Program-made: the position numbers and the translations under genes
In this document: piece after piece, positions 1 through 10,640 of the stretch
Layout: each line of letters opens with the position of its first letter
Numbering within the stretch: the first letter of the stretch is position 1
Source of the DNA: Rhodopirellula sp.
Lineage (GTDB): Bacteria; Planctomycetota; Planctomycetia; Pirellulales; Pirellulaceae
Assembly: GCA_002701385.1 (NCBI GenBank)
Contig: NZVD01000060.1
Span: 73,534-137,533 of the forward strand
Length of the DNA: 64,000 bases
Direction of reading: 5' to 3'
Notes under the pieces: generated by a model
The model's database searches: none
Told to the model about the DNA's origin: nothing
The model's input: only the letters and a program-made list of their open reading frames with translations

Positions 1-203
1 CCAGATAGGCCAACATCGTCCGTAATGTTAATCGCATCGCTGTGCCTGACTTTCTAATTTACCTAAATTATCGGTTTGCCCTTCAAACATCCATTTCCAA
101 AAGGCTCTACTGTATTAGTGGCAAGAACGGCGTAAATCCGTACAATTTTCTGCAAAGATTACTTAGTTTTCCCGTTATCCGTTTCTAAACATCGTAGGTA
201 CCT

Positions 204-1526
204 GTGGATTCACTATTTGAAGCGTCTGAACAATCGAATTTAGAGCGAGCCAAGCCATTGGCTGCTCGTATGCGTCCCACGAATCTAACTGAATTCGCAG
301 GTCAGCAGCATTTTCTCGGGGAAGGAAAACTACTGCGACGCTTACTGCAGGCAGATCGTCTGGGCTCTGTGATTTTCTACGGCCCTCCGGGATGTGGAAA
401 AACCACTCTCGCTCAGCTGCTTGCAACAGAAACGAAAAGCACGTTCAGGCAACTTAGTGCTGTTACCAGCGGAGTCAAAGATCTACGTGAAGTTTTAGAA
501 GCTGCTCAAAACGAATTGCGGGGAGGCGGTGACCGGACACTTCTGTTTATTGACGAAATCCATCGCTTCAATAAAGCACAACAGGATGCACTCCTGCCTG
601 ACGTTGAAAATGGTGTCATCACGCTAGTGGGAGCGACTACCTCGAATCCCTTTTTTGCCGTCAACAATGCTCTTACCAGCCGTAGTACGATTTTTCAGTT
701 TGAACCGCTATCGGTTGAAGATATTGAACAGTTACTCGACAGAGCCCTACATGACCAATTCAAAGGACTCGGGCGCTACGATGTAACGCTTACAGACGAA
801 GCCAGGACTTTTATTGCAGAGGTCTCAGATGGCGATGCTCGTCGAGCTCTTTCCATTCTCGAGATTGGAGTACTGTCGAGTCAGACATTTCCGCTTGAGT
901 TTAATCGCCATTTGGCGGAAGAGTCGATTCAACGTAAAGCCATGCAATACGATGCCGGCGGCGATGAGCACTATGACGTCGCCAGTGCACTGATTAAAAG
1001 TATCCGGGGAAGTGATGTGGATGCTGGGATTTACTGGTTGGCACGAATGCTTGAAGGAGGCGAGGACATTCGCTTCATCTGTCGTCGCCTAGTGATCCTA
1101 GCAAGTGAAGACATTGGTAATGCCGACCCTCATGCCTTGAGTGTGGCGGTGGCATGCATGCAAGCATGTGAATACATTGGACTTCCCGAATGCCAGCTCA
1201 CGCTTTGCCAAACAGTAGCGTATCTAGCGTGTGCTCCTAAATCCAATGCTTCCACCATCGCCATCAATGAAGCTCGAAGTGATGTGCGATCCGGCCGCAC
1301 CATCCCTGTCCCCCGAGCTCTGCGGGATAAGCACTACTCCGGCGCCAAACAATTCGGGCATGGGGAGGGCTACAAGTACGCTCACAATCACGAAGACGGC
1401 GTGGCAGCTTTCGACTATTTGGGAGTCGAGAAAAACTACTACAATCCGGTAGACCGAGGATTCGAATCTGAATTACTCCGACGCCTGGAGATAATCCGAG
1501 CGAAGCTTAGGCAGAGCGATCAATAA
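204..1526 (+). CDS. rarA: Replication-associated recombination protein A (RarA/MgsA), AAA+ ATPase
   Basis: 440-aa ORF with a GTG start. Walker [10 protein letters not shown] and Walker [13 protein letters not shown]. MgsA-type C-terminal region ([21 protein letters not shown]; [24 protein letters not shown]). Confidence 0.9.
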   Translation: MDSLFEASEQSNLERAKPLAARMRPTNLTEFAGQQHFLGEGKLLRRLLQADRLGSVIFYGPPGCGKTTLAQLLATETKSTFRQLSAVTSGVKDLREVLEAAQNELRGGGDRTLLFIDEIHRFNKAQQDALLPDVENGVITLVGATTSNPFFAVNNALTSRSTIFQFEPLSVEDIEQLLDRALHDQFKGLGRYDVTLTDEARTFIAEVSDGDARRALSILEIGVLSSQTFPLEFNRHLAEESIQRKAMQYDAGGDEHYDVASALIKSIRGSDVDAGIYWLARMLEGGEDIRFICRRLVILASEDIGNADPHALSVAVACMQACEYIGLPECQLTLCQTVAYLACAPKSNASTIAINEARSDVRSGRTIPVPRALRDKHYSGAKQFGHGEGYKYAHNHEDGVAAFDYLGVEKNYYNPVDRGFESELLRRLEIIRAKLRQSDQ

Positions 1527-1600
1527 CCCTAAGTCGGTTATTGCCCTGATCCTCTTAAATTCGGCGCCGCTGATCTTGGACTGGCTAATGCGCCGCGTGA

Positions 1601-3019
1601 TTACCGAACTAGCACTTGGCTTCCTGCGCTAAGGATGTGATAGACATCCCGAGCATCCACTGGATTTAGTTTGACGCTTCCCAGTCCGGATTGGCGTGTT
1701 GCCGGATCCTGTGGCTGAGTATGAATACTGAGGCTTCCGCCCAGATCCATCCAGTATTTTCCGTACGGATTATTTAACGCCCCACCCTGAATAATCGAAC
1801 CGTCGGCAGCGTAATAGCTGCGATCTTCCTGTTTATCCAAAATGGAATACTGGCGAGGTTGCGAATTGAACTCGTTACCCAATTCCACTTGAAAACGTCC
1901 TGCATACAGATTTCCAGTGAACAATGTCAGTTCTTTATTTGTGACACTAATTTCACCTCGGAACGGCCCTTGGACAATTTTCAATTCGTCACCAGCTTGC
2001 AAAGTTGTGGCATCCTGGATGCCATTGATGTTAGCCAAGAGCTGTTTGGGAACTCGTAATTGGAATGCAATCGATGCCAACGAGTCATTCGGCCCTACCG
2101 TATAGGCTTCAAAGAGGTAATGTTTTCGTGAGTAAATCACTTCCCCTGCCAGATAATCCAACACAGGAACCAGTTGCTTGTGCTGTTGACCACTTAGTTC
2201 CTGACTACCGTAGTAAACCGATAAGGCCTGCAAGGCTTCACGAAGATGGCCCGTCTCGACTTGCTGCTGAGCGGCAGCCCAAGCAGTCGCAAAGGCCGAT
2301 GAGGCAGGAGCAGGGTTTTGTTCAGCAACGTTATTCGCCGGAGAGACATTGCCATCATTAAACACCGGAGCTTCCAGTTGGCTGTTATCAGCATTATTGT
2401 CAAGATGAAAGCCACTGTCGTTCGTGTCAGTGCCCGCCAGCGGAAAAGCGTCTTCGCTACCTGCAGCCGCAGGAAACGTGTCATCTGTACCAGCACCAGC
2501 AGATGCGTCGGCGGGTTGGAAATCGCCTCCGCTGGAATCGACCAAGGGGAAATCCTCCGTCGAAATATTAGGTTCCAGCACAAACTGAGGGTCGTCTGTC
2601 GATGTCGCGTCTTCTTGCGTGACAGGTTCTGGGGAGAGTGAAGGGGGAACGTTTTCCGCTACTTCCACGGGCTCTTCATTCAGAGGCGTCTCGACAGCCG
2701 ATTCCATGGGTAATTCTGAATTGGAAGCAACTTCAAGGTCGAGCTGTCCTGCTGCAGGAGATTCAAACGTCCCATCGTCAGCTGCAGTCGCTACGGAAGC
2801 TTCTTCCACTAGCGGAGAATCATTGTTTAAATCGGCCAATAACTGTTCTGCTGAAACTTCAGTTCCCAGGTCGAGCTCGAGAGGTCCGGCTCCACCTTCA
2901 GCCATTGCGTCAATCACTTCCTGAGGTGGAGGGGATGCTTCCCGATACAACACGTGATAAGCGCCGTATAAAATGACCACCATGAAGGTAAAGATGAATA
3001 GTGTTTTTACCCTTTGCAT
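1601..3019 (-). CDS. Membrane-anchored LysM domain protein with C-terminal YkuD (L,D-transpeptidase)-like domain
   Basis: 472-aa ORF. N-terminal TM anchor (LFIFTFMVVILYGAY). About 200 aa of acidic Asp/Glu/Ser/Pro-rich low-complexity region. LysM-like segment (DSLASIAFQLRVPKQLLANINGI..LQAGDELKI). C-terminal YkuD-like segment (SIHTQP..SGLGSVKLNPVDARDVYHIL). Domains called by eye. Confidence 0.65.
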   Translation of the reverse strand: MQRVKTLFIFTFMVVILYGAYHVLYREASPPPQEVIDAMAEGGAGPLELDLGTEVSAEQLLADLNNDSPLVEEASVATAADDGTFESPAAGQLDLEVASNSELPMESAVETPLNEEPVEVAENVPPSLSPEPVTQEDATSTDDPQFVLEPNISTEDFPLVDSSGGDFQPADASAGAGTDDTFPAAAGSEDAFPLAGTDTNDSGFHLDNNADNSQLEAPVFNDGNVSPANNVAEQNPAPASSAFATAWAAAQQQVETGHLREALQALSVYYGSQELSGQQHKQLVPVLDYLAGEVIYSRKHYLFEAYTVGPNDSLASIAFQLRVPKQLLANINGIQDATTLQAGDELKIVQGPFRGEISVTNKELTLFTGNLYAGRFQVELGNEFNSQPRQYSILDKQEDRSYYAADGSIIQGGALNNPYGKYWMDLGGSLSIHTQPQDPATRQSGLGSVKLNPVDARDVYHILSAGSQVLVR

Positions 3020-3126
3020 TTTCGTCCTCCCTGACGAAATACAGACTTCGTTAGAATAAATATAAGTTTGGCTTTCCCAAGCCGATTAATAATCTGTTGT
3101 TTTTATTACAGGTAGTCCCCACCGCC

Positions 3127-3393
3127 ATGTCTTACGACGATGAAATCGATGACTACTATGTCGAGGAATGGTCAGAACCCGATATTTGGGATGACGATCC
3201 AACGGACATGCTGTCGTGTCCTGAATGCGGTGAAGAGGTCTACGAATTCGCGGACCTATGTCCTCATTGTGGTATGTTTATCACACCATCTGCAGCGGCG
3301 TATAATCCCTGGCAAGGCCGTCCTTTGTGGTGGTTGGCTCTGGCCGTGATCGGAATCATGGGGTTCCTATTGTCTCTGCAGTTACTGTTCTAG
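3127..3393 (+). CDS. Small zinc-ribbon membrane protein (hypothetical)
   Basis: Acidic N-terminus, CPECG..CPHCG zinc-ribbon pair and a C-terminal TM helix (LWWLALAVIGIMGFLLSLQLLF). ATG at 3127 is preferred over the upstream TTG at 3097 used by the ORF track. Confidence 0.55.
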   Translation: MSYDDEIDDYYVEEWSEPDIWDDDPTDMLSCPECGEEVYEFADLCPHCGMFITPSAAAYNPWQGRPLWWLALAVIGIMGFLLSLQLLF

Positions 3394-3548
3394 CCCGACG
3401 GAATTCCGACGCAACTAATCCAGTACAGCAAGGGCAAAATCTACGTCTTCACATACATTCACTCGGAATACTAAGCCAAAACCCAATTATGAGGAAAGAG
3501 GAGTTTTTAGATTTAAACATTTAACTAGTTGGCCAACTGGATAAATGG

Positions 3549-4088
3549 TTAAATGTCAAAGTCTTCGATCGTCAGCAAGGTATGCAGTTCATAGCCTTTG
3601 GCAGCAAAAGCTTCGCGGCCACCTGAGAGACGATCAATGATTGCAATGACCTTTTCGACCTTGAGGCCGGCCGCTTCGACATGCTCGATCGCCTTGAGAC
3701 TGCTACCGCCGGTGGTAACAACGTCTTCGACGATAATGACCCGGTCACCCGCTCCCACCGGACCTTCTACCTGATTTCCCTTACCATGCTCTTTGGCCTC
3801 TTTGCGGACGATAAAACCCCGCAGTGATTTTCCCTGATTGTCGGCCTCTGTAAGAATCGCGGCCGTAATGGGATCCGCGCCGATGGCCATACCACCAACC
3901 GCATCCGGTAATTCGTCACCGATGAGTTCCAGAATTCCCTGAGCGACGAGCCGAGTGCCATGCGAGTCGAGAGTGACTTTACGGCAATCGAGATAGAAGC
4001 TGGCTTTTTTACCCGAGGCCAGTGTGAAGTCTCCGAACTCAAGGGCCTTTTCGCGGACGACTTCCTTCAACGCTTCTTTGGAATACAT
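3549..4088 (-). CDS. pyrE: Orotate phosphoribosyltransferase
   Basis: PRPP-binding motif VIIVEDVVTTGGS. Typical N-terminus (ALEFGDFTLASGKKASFYLDCRKV). ATG at 4088 has a GGAGG about 10 nt upstream; the ORF-track start at 4109 adds 7 unlikely residues. Confidence 0.9.
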   Translation of the reverse strand: MYSKEALKEVVREKALEFGDFTLASGKKASFYLDCRKVTLDSHGTRLVAQGILELIGDELPDAVGGMAIGADPITAAILTEADNQGKSLRGFIVRKEAKEHGKGNQVEGPVGAGDRVIIVEDVVTTGGSSLKAIEHVEAAGLKVEKVIAIIDRLSGGREAFAAKGYELHTLLTIEDFDI

Positions 4089-4202
4089 AACCTGACAACC
4101 TCCGTGCATTAGGCGAACATTTACTTACTGTACCTTTCCTACAGTGTAATGCGTGCGCGCCACAGCGGGTAGCAGACTAAATCAGAATCACCTGAATGCG
4201 TC

Positions 4203-4979
4203 TTACGAGGCGTTGGCTTTAGCCCGAGCTTCACGTAATCCACGGCTGAGAATATCACGCAACATCGGTGAATAGTCCTCGAAGCGAGCTTCATCCGGAG
4301 CTCCAGCAGCGAATTGATAAATCGCATCACGGGGCTTAAGCCCCAATGATAGTAAGCTGGAACTCACCGTACCACGGTCATTACTTCGAAGTACCATACT
4401 TGGTCGCATCGGCGAAACCGGGCTACGCGCGAATACTTTACTAGCAACGGCTAAGAATTTTACCGACGAATCAAGCGTCTGAAGAGTCAGCAGACGACTC
4501 GCCAATTGACAGCGTTCATCCCGTGGGTCATTCAGATTGCGATTGCCGATGACATTGAGCCCCTCTTTGAGTGGCACCACTTCCGGTTCGTCTGTTCCAT
4601 GCACAGCCCAACCTGTTTCACCGTCAGCAATGACGTAATTCACCCCTTCGTAGCGTTTGGTCAACAGCTCATCCATGGCCAAGCCCACGGCTTCCTGAGC
4701 ACTCGTACTACGAAGTAATTCACGGCAAAGCACACCGCGAGAACGAGGAACCACTGGCGGGATCAACTTGCGGCGATTGCATGCCGCGACAAATAACCCA
4801 TGCTGGTTAACGCCCAACCATGTTCCCCCCGCTTGCTGATCGACTCCGCTTAAAATGCGCGGTTTTCCTGATTGAATCGAAGGTATCGTGCTGGGGCGAT
4901 CATAAAATTCATCTCGGTTGGCAGCAACCAAAATGGGCGCCTCCGGCACCGACTTATATTGAATGGCAAGAATGCACAT
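4203..4979 (-). CDS. NRDE-family (TANGO2-like) protein
   Basis: MCILA.. N-terminus followed by ILVAANRDEFYDRP and GGTWLGVN, the signature of the NRDE family. Start placed at the Met-Cys (4979) rather than the ORF-track 5036. Confidence 0.8.
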   Translation of the reverse strand: MCILAIQYKSVPEAPILVAANRDEFYDRPSTIPSIQSGKPRILSGVDQQAGGTWLGVNQHGLFVAACNRRKLIPPVVPRSRGVLCRELLRSTSAQEAVGLAMDELLTKRYEGVNYVIADGETGWAVHGTDEPEVVPLKEGLNVIGNRNLNDPRDERCQLASRLLTLQTLDSSVKFLAVASKVFARSPVSPMRPSMVLRSNDRGTVSSSLLSLGLKPRDAIYQFAAGAPDEARFEDYSPMLRDILSRGLREARAKANAS

Positions 4980-5314
4980 ATATATGATTTTAAGTTTTAG
5001 CAGCTTATAGGACGAGTGACCTGCTGTCTTCCTCACAAGCGATCACAATCGCACTCGGTTAAAGAACTCAATCTAATTCCACCCCTTTAAGTCAAACACC
5101 CTATTTCGGGGGGTATGCTTCAAATTAATTACTGCTGAGCCTTCAAATACTACCCTCAAGGGTGTTTTGATGATGTTGGCGACGCATTAAACTGCTTATT
5201 ACGCCTGGACAAATGCAGGCTTAAGCAGCCATAAGCAGGCAATAGCCTTCATGCTGAAATAACGTCCTCATCTTTGCTGAACTTCCTCCTACTTATTGAA
5301 CGAGAATTGTTGTT

Positions 5315-6430
5315 ATGTCGTCGAATTCCCACCCAATTCGCATCGCTATCATCGGAGCCGGTGCTGTAAGTGATTATCACCATGTGCCGGGCATCAATAT
5401 CGACCCTCGCGCCGAACTGGTCGCGGCCTGCGATATGAGTGAAGCCTTGCTTGAGCAGCGCAAAAGCGACTGGGGCATCGACAAAGTCACCACTGACTTT
5501 CAGCAGATTTGTGACGACCCCGATATCGATGCAGTGATCATCGCTACGCCGAACTTTACTCACCACGAACAGGCCATTGCAGCTGCCAAGGGTGGCAAGC
5601 ACATCATGTGCGAAAAACCTCTTGCCCTGAATGCTCAGCAGGTTCGCGAAATGCGAGATGCGGCTGTGGAAGCTGGCGTTGTTCATATGACAGCTTTTAC
5701 CTACCGTTTTGCTCCCTCCATGCGATATATTCGGCATCTCGTGCAATCAGGAGCGATTGGTCAGCCTCGCCACTTCCGAAGCCAGCGGTTCTTAGACTGG
5801 CCAGAGACCAGTTGGGGATGGCGACAGTACAAAAAGACAGCCGGTGCTGGCGACCTATTTGATATGACGATTCACCGCATCGACTTTGCGATGGACTTAA
5901 TGGGGAAAATTGATAAGCTCTGCGGTGGCGTTGCACAATTTTGTCCTCGGGATGTTACCACCGATGGCGAGTCCTGCCCGCCATCCGACGTGGATGACTG
6001 GTCGGCACTGATCGGCGTATTCGAAAATGGAGGCGTTGGCGTCTGGGAAGGGACAACTGTTGCCAAAGGATATGGCTTCAATGGCTTTGGTCATGAGCTG
6101 GCTGAAATCAATGGTTCCGAAGCAACTGTCCGTTACCGTCTGCACGAACCTAATAAAATCTGGCTCGGAAAAACCGGAGAAGACGTTGCCCCGGTTGATG
6201 TGCCTGAGGAATTCCTCAAGCCTGCCGACAGTCCACGTGATCCACACGAAGGCAAACCTGCTGACGTCTTCCGTTACGATCTGGTCTGGGAATTCTGCTC
6301 TGCCATCACCGAAGGACGGGATGCCATGCCAAGCTTTGATCATGGACTAAATGCTCAGATCATCGCTGACGCTGTACTTGAATCCAATGAAAGTGCTGCC
6401 TGGGTCGACGTCGCCGATCGTCTGGTTTAG
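5315..6430 (+). CDS. Gfo/Idh/MocA-family NAD(P)-dependent oxidoreductase
   Basis: N-terminal Rossmann motif IRIAIIGAGAVS, the conserved MCEKPLA motif and a C-terminal alpha/beta domain typical of the family. Confidence 0.85.
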   Translation: MSSNSHPIRIAIIGAGAVSDYHHVPGINIDPRAELVAACDMSEALLEQRKSDWGIDKVTTDFQQICDDPDIDAVIIATPNFTHHEQAIAAAKGGKHIMCEKPLALNAQQVREMRDAAVEAGVVHMTAFTYRFAPSMRYIRHLVQSGAIGQPRHFRSQRFLDWPETSWGWRQYKKTAGAGDLFDMTIHRIDFAMDLMGKIDKLCGGVAQFCPRDVTTDGESCPPSDVDDWSALIGVFENGGVGVWEGTTVAKGYGFNGFGHELAEINGSEATVRYRLHEPNKIWLGKTGEDVAPVDVPEEFLKPADSPRDPHEGKPADVFRYDLVWEFCSAITEGRDAMPSFDHGLNAQIIADAVLESNESAAWVDVADRLV

Positions 6431-6513
6431 TTCAGCTCAACCAGGACGCTACCCACCACCCCGACACACCTACTACGTACTGTATAGCCAAATCTTAATT
6501 TCTATCGATCTGT

Positions 6514-7575
6514 ATGAGTAACTCCTCTAATCAATCTAATCCTGAATCCGGTAGCCCAGACCGTATAGTCGTGGCCTCCCAAAGCCGTCAGGTAAATGAA
6601 ATGATGGGTGTACAGATTTTGGCTTCCGGCTGTTACGCGCCTGAAAACGTCATACACAACGAATCATTGGCAGCGCTGGGGTATGACGCGGACTGGATCA
6701 TTCAACGGACTGGAATTAAGTCCCGCTGTCGAGCCTCGGAAGAACAGGCCTGTAGCGATGTCGCCTACGAAGCCGCACGGCGGTGCCTTGATCAGGGCGG
6801 CATCGACGCCAGTGAAATCGATCTAATTCTGTTGGCAACCATAACGCCCGACCAACCAACACCATCGACCGCCTGTCATGTCCAGCGGATGCTTGGTTCC
6901 AACGCACCAGCCATGGACTTGGGTGCAGCGTGTTCTGGGTTCATGTATGCTTTAGTGACAGGCATGCAATTCATTAAGACGGGGACTTACAAGCGAGTCC
7001 TAATCATCGGCGCCGACCTGATGAGCCGCACCGTCAACCCTGCGGATAAGAAGACGTTTCCGTTATTTGGAGATGGCGCAGGTGCCGTCGTCATTGGTCC
7101 CGGCTCTGATCAACAGGGATTTGTTTCCTATACATTGGGAGCCGATGGCCATGGTGCCGAGCTGCTCGAGCTACCAGCCGGAGGCACACGTTGCCCGGCC
7201 ACCCCTGAAACACTACAGCAGAACCTCCAATACCTGCAAATGGACGGACGAAGTGTCTTTAAATGGGCCATACGAACGCTCTCCGATTCCGTGAATCAAG
7301 TGCTCAAGGCGGCCAATCTATCTGCAACTGATATCGACCTCACACTTTTCCACCAGGCGAACATTCGAATCATCGATGCAGCCGCTTCCGATCTCGGACT
7401 TAACTCCGGGCAGGTCTTTGTTAATTTAGATAAATACGGAAATACATCAGCGGCTAGTATCCCTCTTGCACTGGCAGAAGCTCAGCAAGAGGGAAGGATT
7501 CAGCCGGGGCAAAATATCCTCATCAGTGGATTTGGGGCTGGGTTGGCCTGGGGCGCTGGCGTCTGGCGTTGGTAA
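6514..7575 (+). CDS. fabH: 3-oxoacyl-ACP synthase III (beta-ketoacyl-ACP synthase III)
   Basis: Catalytic triad contexts GAACSGFMYAL (Cys), FHQANIRII (His) and YGNTSAASIPLAL (Asn). The true start may be the Met pair at 6601, because the first 29 aa are low-complexity. Confidence 0.9.
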   Translation: MSNSSNQSNPESGSPDRIVVASQSRQVNEMMGVQILASGCYAPENVIHNESLAALGYDADWIIQRTGIKSRCRASEEQACSDVAYEAARRCLDQGGIDASEIDLILLATITPDQPTPSTACHVQRMLGSNAPAMDLGAACSGFMYALVTGMQFIKTGTYKRVLIIGADLMSRTVNPADKKTFPLFGDGAGAVVIGPGSDQQGFVSYTLGADGHGAELLELPAGGTRCPATPETLQQNLQYLQMDGRSVFKWAIRTLSDSVNQVLKAANLSATDIDLTLFHQANIRIIDAAASDLGLNSGQVFVNLDKYGNTSAASIPLALAEAQQEGRIQPGQNILISGFGAGLAWGAGVWRW

Positions 7576-7629
7576 CAAGCGTCGGCAAGATACAGTTCAT
7601 TCACACACCATTTAGGGTTAACGAACGTT

Positions 7630-9441
7630 ATGAGCGAAGCTACCGTTAAATCACTACCTCCTCGCGAGTCCGTCAACGAAACGGATACCTGGGACCTGTC
7701 GAGCCTGTATGCAACGACCCAAGACTGGGAAACGGATTACACTCTGGCTGAAGAAAAGCTCGAGGCTTATGCAGCATTTCAAGGGCGGCTCGGGGAGAGT
7801 GCAGAAACTCTTGCCGAACTACTGGCTTTCGATAGTGAAATGGATTTACTGCTAGAGCGTCTGGGCTACTATGCATTCCTACGCCTCACAGAAGATCAGG
7901 CTAATAGTGACAGTCAGGCTTTGGAAGCCCGCATGCAAAACCTTGGGGCTCGCGCCGCACAGGCAGGCAGCTGGATTCGCCCTGAGCTTTTGGCAATCGA
8001 CTCCGCATCGATGGATGCCTTTCTGGATTCGGAATGTCTACAGCACTATCAACTGCAGCTTCAACGTATTTTGCGTTACCGCCCTCATACTCTGGGAGAA
8101 AAGGAAGAGCAGTTGCTAGCTATGCAGGCAGAAATGGCTCAGGCTTCCTCAAAGACTTTCCGCCAACTCCATGACGCTGATCTGAAATTTGGTGAGGTGG
8201 AGAACGACAAGGGAGAGTTGGTGGAGCTTGGCAACGCCACGTTTAGTCAATTTCTTATTTCGCCCGATCGTAACGTTCGCAAGACAGCATTTCATCAGTA
8301 CTACGATCAGTTTCAGGCTCATGAAAACACGCTCGCAGCAACACTCGGCGGCTCGATTCAAAAAGATGTTTACTACGCTCGGGCACGTCAACACGACAGT
8401 GCTCTAGCCGGCGCACTCTTTCCGGACAATGTACCGAAGAGTGTCTATGACAATTTGATCGCATCGGTTCGTAATAATTTTGAACCACTATATAAATACT
8501 ACGAACTCCGTCGTCGCCTGATGGATATCGACGAAATCCATCACTACGACACCTATGTTCCGATCATCAGTGACCTGCAGGTGAATCGCACCTGGAATCA
8601 AGCGACCGATCTGGTCATGGAATCTTTAACACCGCTGGGAAGCGAATACTGTGAGATTCTTGAAGCTGGTCTGCGAGGACGTTGGTGTGATCGCTATCCC
8701 AACGCCGGCAAACAAAGCGGTGCGTTTAGTGCGGGCAGCTATATTGGCGATCCCTACATTCTGATGAATTACAAACCCGAAGTGCTCAACGACGTCTTTA
8801 CGCTCACCCATGAAGCTGGTCACTCTATGCACTCGTACTACAGCTCTAAAACACAGAGCTTCGAGTATTACAACTACACGATCTTTGTTGCCGAAGTAGC
8901 CAGTACGTTCAATGAACAGTTGCTGAGTAGCTACATGATGGAACATGCACAGGATGATCGTGAACGGGCCTACCTTATCAACCGAGATATCGATGCCATT
9001 CGTGGCACAATCATCCGGCAAACCATGTTCGCCGAATTTGAGAAGATCACTCATGAAATGGCGGAACAAGGGCAGCCACTCACGGTGCAATCTTTCCGGG
9101 AAGTTTACGGTCAGCTACTCAAGGATTACTTTGGTCCTGACTTCGTAGTCGATGACTGCCTGTCCTTGGAGTGTTTCCGCATTCCTCATTTTTACCGGGC
9201 CTTCTACGTCTACAAATATGCCACCGGACTATCTGCAGCTATTGCGTTAAGTAAAAGAGTACTCAACGGAGGGCAGCAAGAATTATCTGACTACCTCGCC
9301 TTCCTGCAAGGTGGATGCAGTAAAGACCCGTTGGATCTTCTCCGGGATGCCGGCGTCGACATGGAACAACCTGAACCGGTGGATACGGCATTACAACAGT
9401 TTGCTACCTTAGTGGATCAACTCGAGACGCTTTTGGGGTAA
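7630..9441 (+). CDS. pepF: Oligoendopeptidase F (M3B metallopeptidase)
   Basis: 603 aa. HEXXH zinc motif HEAGHSMH, with length and N-terminus (TWDLSSLY) typical of PepF. Confidence 0.85.
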   Translation: MSEATVKSLPPRESVNETDTWDLSSLYATTQDWETDYTLAEEKLEAYAAFQGRLGESAETLAELLAFDSEMDLLLERLGYYAFLRLTEDQANSDSQALEARMQNLGARAAQAGSWIRPELLAIDSASMDAFLDSECLQHYQLQLQRILRYRPHTLGEKEEQLLAMQAEMAQASSKTFRQLHDADLKFGEVENDKGELVELGNATFSQFLISPDRNVRKTAFHQYYDQFQAHENTLAATLGGSIQKDVYYARARQHDSALAGALFPDNVPKSVYDNLIASVRNNFEPLYKYYELRRRLMDIDEIHHYDTYVPIISDLQVNRTWNQATDLVMESLTPLGSEYCEILEAGLRGRWCDRYPNAGKQSGAFSAGSYIGDPYILMNYKPEVLNDVFTLTHEAGHSMHSYYSSKTQSFEYYNYTIFVAEVASTFNEQLLSSYMMEHAQDDRERAYLINRDIDAIRGTIIRQTMFAEFEKITHEMAEQGQPLTVQSFREVYGQLLKDYFGPDFVVDDCLSLECFRIPHFYRAFYVYKYATGLSAAIALSKRVLNGGQQELSDYLAFLQGGCSKDPLDLLRDAGVDMEQPEPVDTALQQFATLVDQLETLLG

Positions 9442-9573
9442 TCGCTACAGTTTACCAACGTGCAATTCGGGACTTGTAAGTCTGCGCTTACACCATCAAA
9501 ATAAGAAACATAGCAATCACGTTATGTGCACTAGAAATAGATCGAATCATTCATACTACCTAAGGAGTACACC

Positions 9574-10569
9574 ATGGCACGTCCGGTAACACTTTTCACC
9601 GGCCAATGGGCAGACCTCCCCGCAGAAACCATGTGTCAGAAAACCAAAGAGTTTGGTTATGACGGCATTGAGCTTGCCTGCTGGGGTGACCACTTTAACG
9701 TTGTAGAAGCGTTGGAAAATGACAACTATTGTGCTGAAAAGCACGAGCAGCTTGAACGGCATGGCCTGATCTGTAAAGCCATTAGTGCTCACTTAGCCGG
9801 ACAAGCCGTGTTGGATAATATCGATGAACGCCATCAGGCGATCCTGCCCGAACACGTCTGGGGCGACGGCGATCCTGCCGGAGTCAATGAACGTGCCATA
9901 GAAGAAATGAAGAATACCGCTCGAGCGGCTCAAAAATTCGGCGTGGATACGGTCAACGGTTTTACCGGTTCAAGTATCTGGCACCTGCTGTACTCATTTC
10001 CACCTGTACCCGAATCCATGATTCAGGCTGGGTTCGATTTGTTCGCAGAACGTTGGAATCCTATCTTCGATGTCTTTGGTGAATGCGGTGTACGGTTTGC
10101 ACTGGAAGTTCATCCAACAGAAATCGCCTTTGATATCTACACGGCCGAACGGGCGTTGGAAGCAGTCGACCACCGGGAAGAATTTGGTTTCAACTTCGAT
10201 CCCAGTCACCTGATCTGGCAGGGCGTTGATCCTGTTGAATTCATCCGTGCGTTTCCTGATCGCATCTATCACGTGCACATCAAAGATGCTATCCGCACGC
10301 TTAACGGACGCACAGGCATCAACTGCAGTCACCTCAACTTCGGTGATCCACGTCGTGGATGGGACTTCCGTAGTCCCGGCCGAGGAGAGGTAAACTTCGA
10401 AGAAATCGTTCGTGAACTAAATCACATCGGTTACACCGGTCCTCTTTCCATTGAATGGGAAGACTGTGGAATGCAGCGAGATCAGGGAGCTACTGAAGCT
10501 TGTGCCTTCACGAAGAACGTGGATATCTCACCATCAGATGTGCAATTTGATGACGCCTTTGACAACTAA
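9574..10569 (+). CDS. Sugar phosphate isomerase/epimerase family protein (xylose isomerase-like TIM barrel)
   Basis: 331 aa with motifs typical of the AP-endonuclease-2/xylose-isomerase-like TIM barrel fold ([27 protein letters not shown]). Confidence 0.75.
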   Translation: MARPVTLFTGQWADLPAETMCQKTKEFGYDGIELACWGDHFNVVEALENDNYCAEKHEQLERHGLICKAISAHLAGQAVLDNIDERHQAILPEHVWGDGDPAGVNERAIEEMKNTARAAQKFGVDTVNGFTGSSIWHLLYSFPPVPESMIQAGFDLFAERWNPIFDVFGECGVRFALEVHPTEIAFDIYTAERALEAVDHREEFGFNFDPSHLIWQGVDPVEFIRAFPDRIYHVHIKDAIRTLNGRTGINCSHLNFGDPRRGWDFRSPGRGEVNFEEIVRELNHIGYTGPLSIEWEDCGMQRDQGATEACAFTKNVDISPSDVQFDDAFDN

Positions 10570-10589
10570 AAAAGCGTCAACCAAAACAA

Positions 10590-10623
10590 AAGGCAGGTGT
10601 GATCAAGCACCTGCCTTTTTTTT
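10590..10623. terminator. Bidirectional intrinsic terminator between convergent genes
   Basis: Perfect 9-bp stem aggcaggtg / cacctgcct (10591-10599 and 10608-10616) with an 8-nt loop. Flanked by an A-rich tract upstream and T7 downstream. Lies between the stops at 10569 (+) and 10641 (-). Confidence 0.8.
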
Positions 10624-10640
10624 GCGCCAACCGTCCCGAC

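Noticed and set aside
1-57. Open frame running off the left edge and ending at TAA 55-57, possibly the C-terminus of an upstream + strand gene.
   Set aside because: Only 18 codons are visible. There is no motif, and I cannot distinguish this from non-coding sequence.
3527-3538. Perfect 12-nt palindrome agttggccaact between the convergent genes ending at 3393 and 3549.
   Set aside because: It has no loop and no flanking T-tract, so it is not a convincing terminator. It occurs once in the window, so no repeat family can be claimed.
5094-5167. 9-nt inverted repeat aaacaccct / agggtgttt separated by 56 nt in the 278-bp divergent intergenic region. It could be an RNA structure or an operator.
   Set aside because: The expected chance occurrence of a 9-mer inverted pair in a region of this size is roughly 0.1-0.2, before allowing for the many regions scanned. 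No further covarying structure or known riboswitch motif was recognised.
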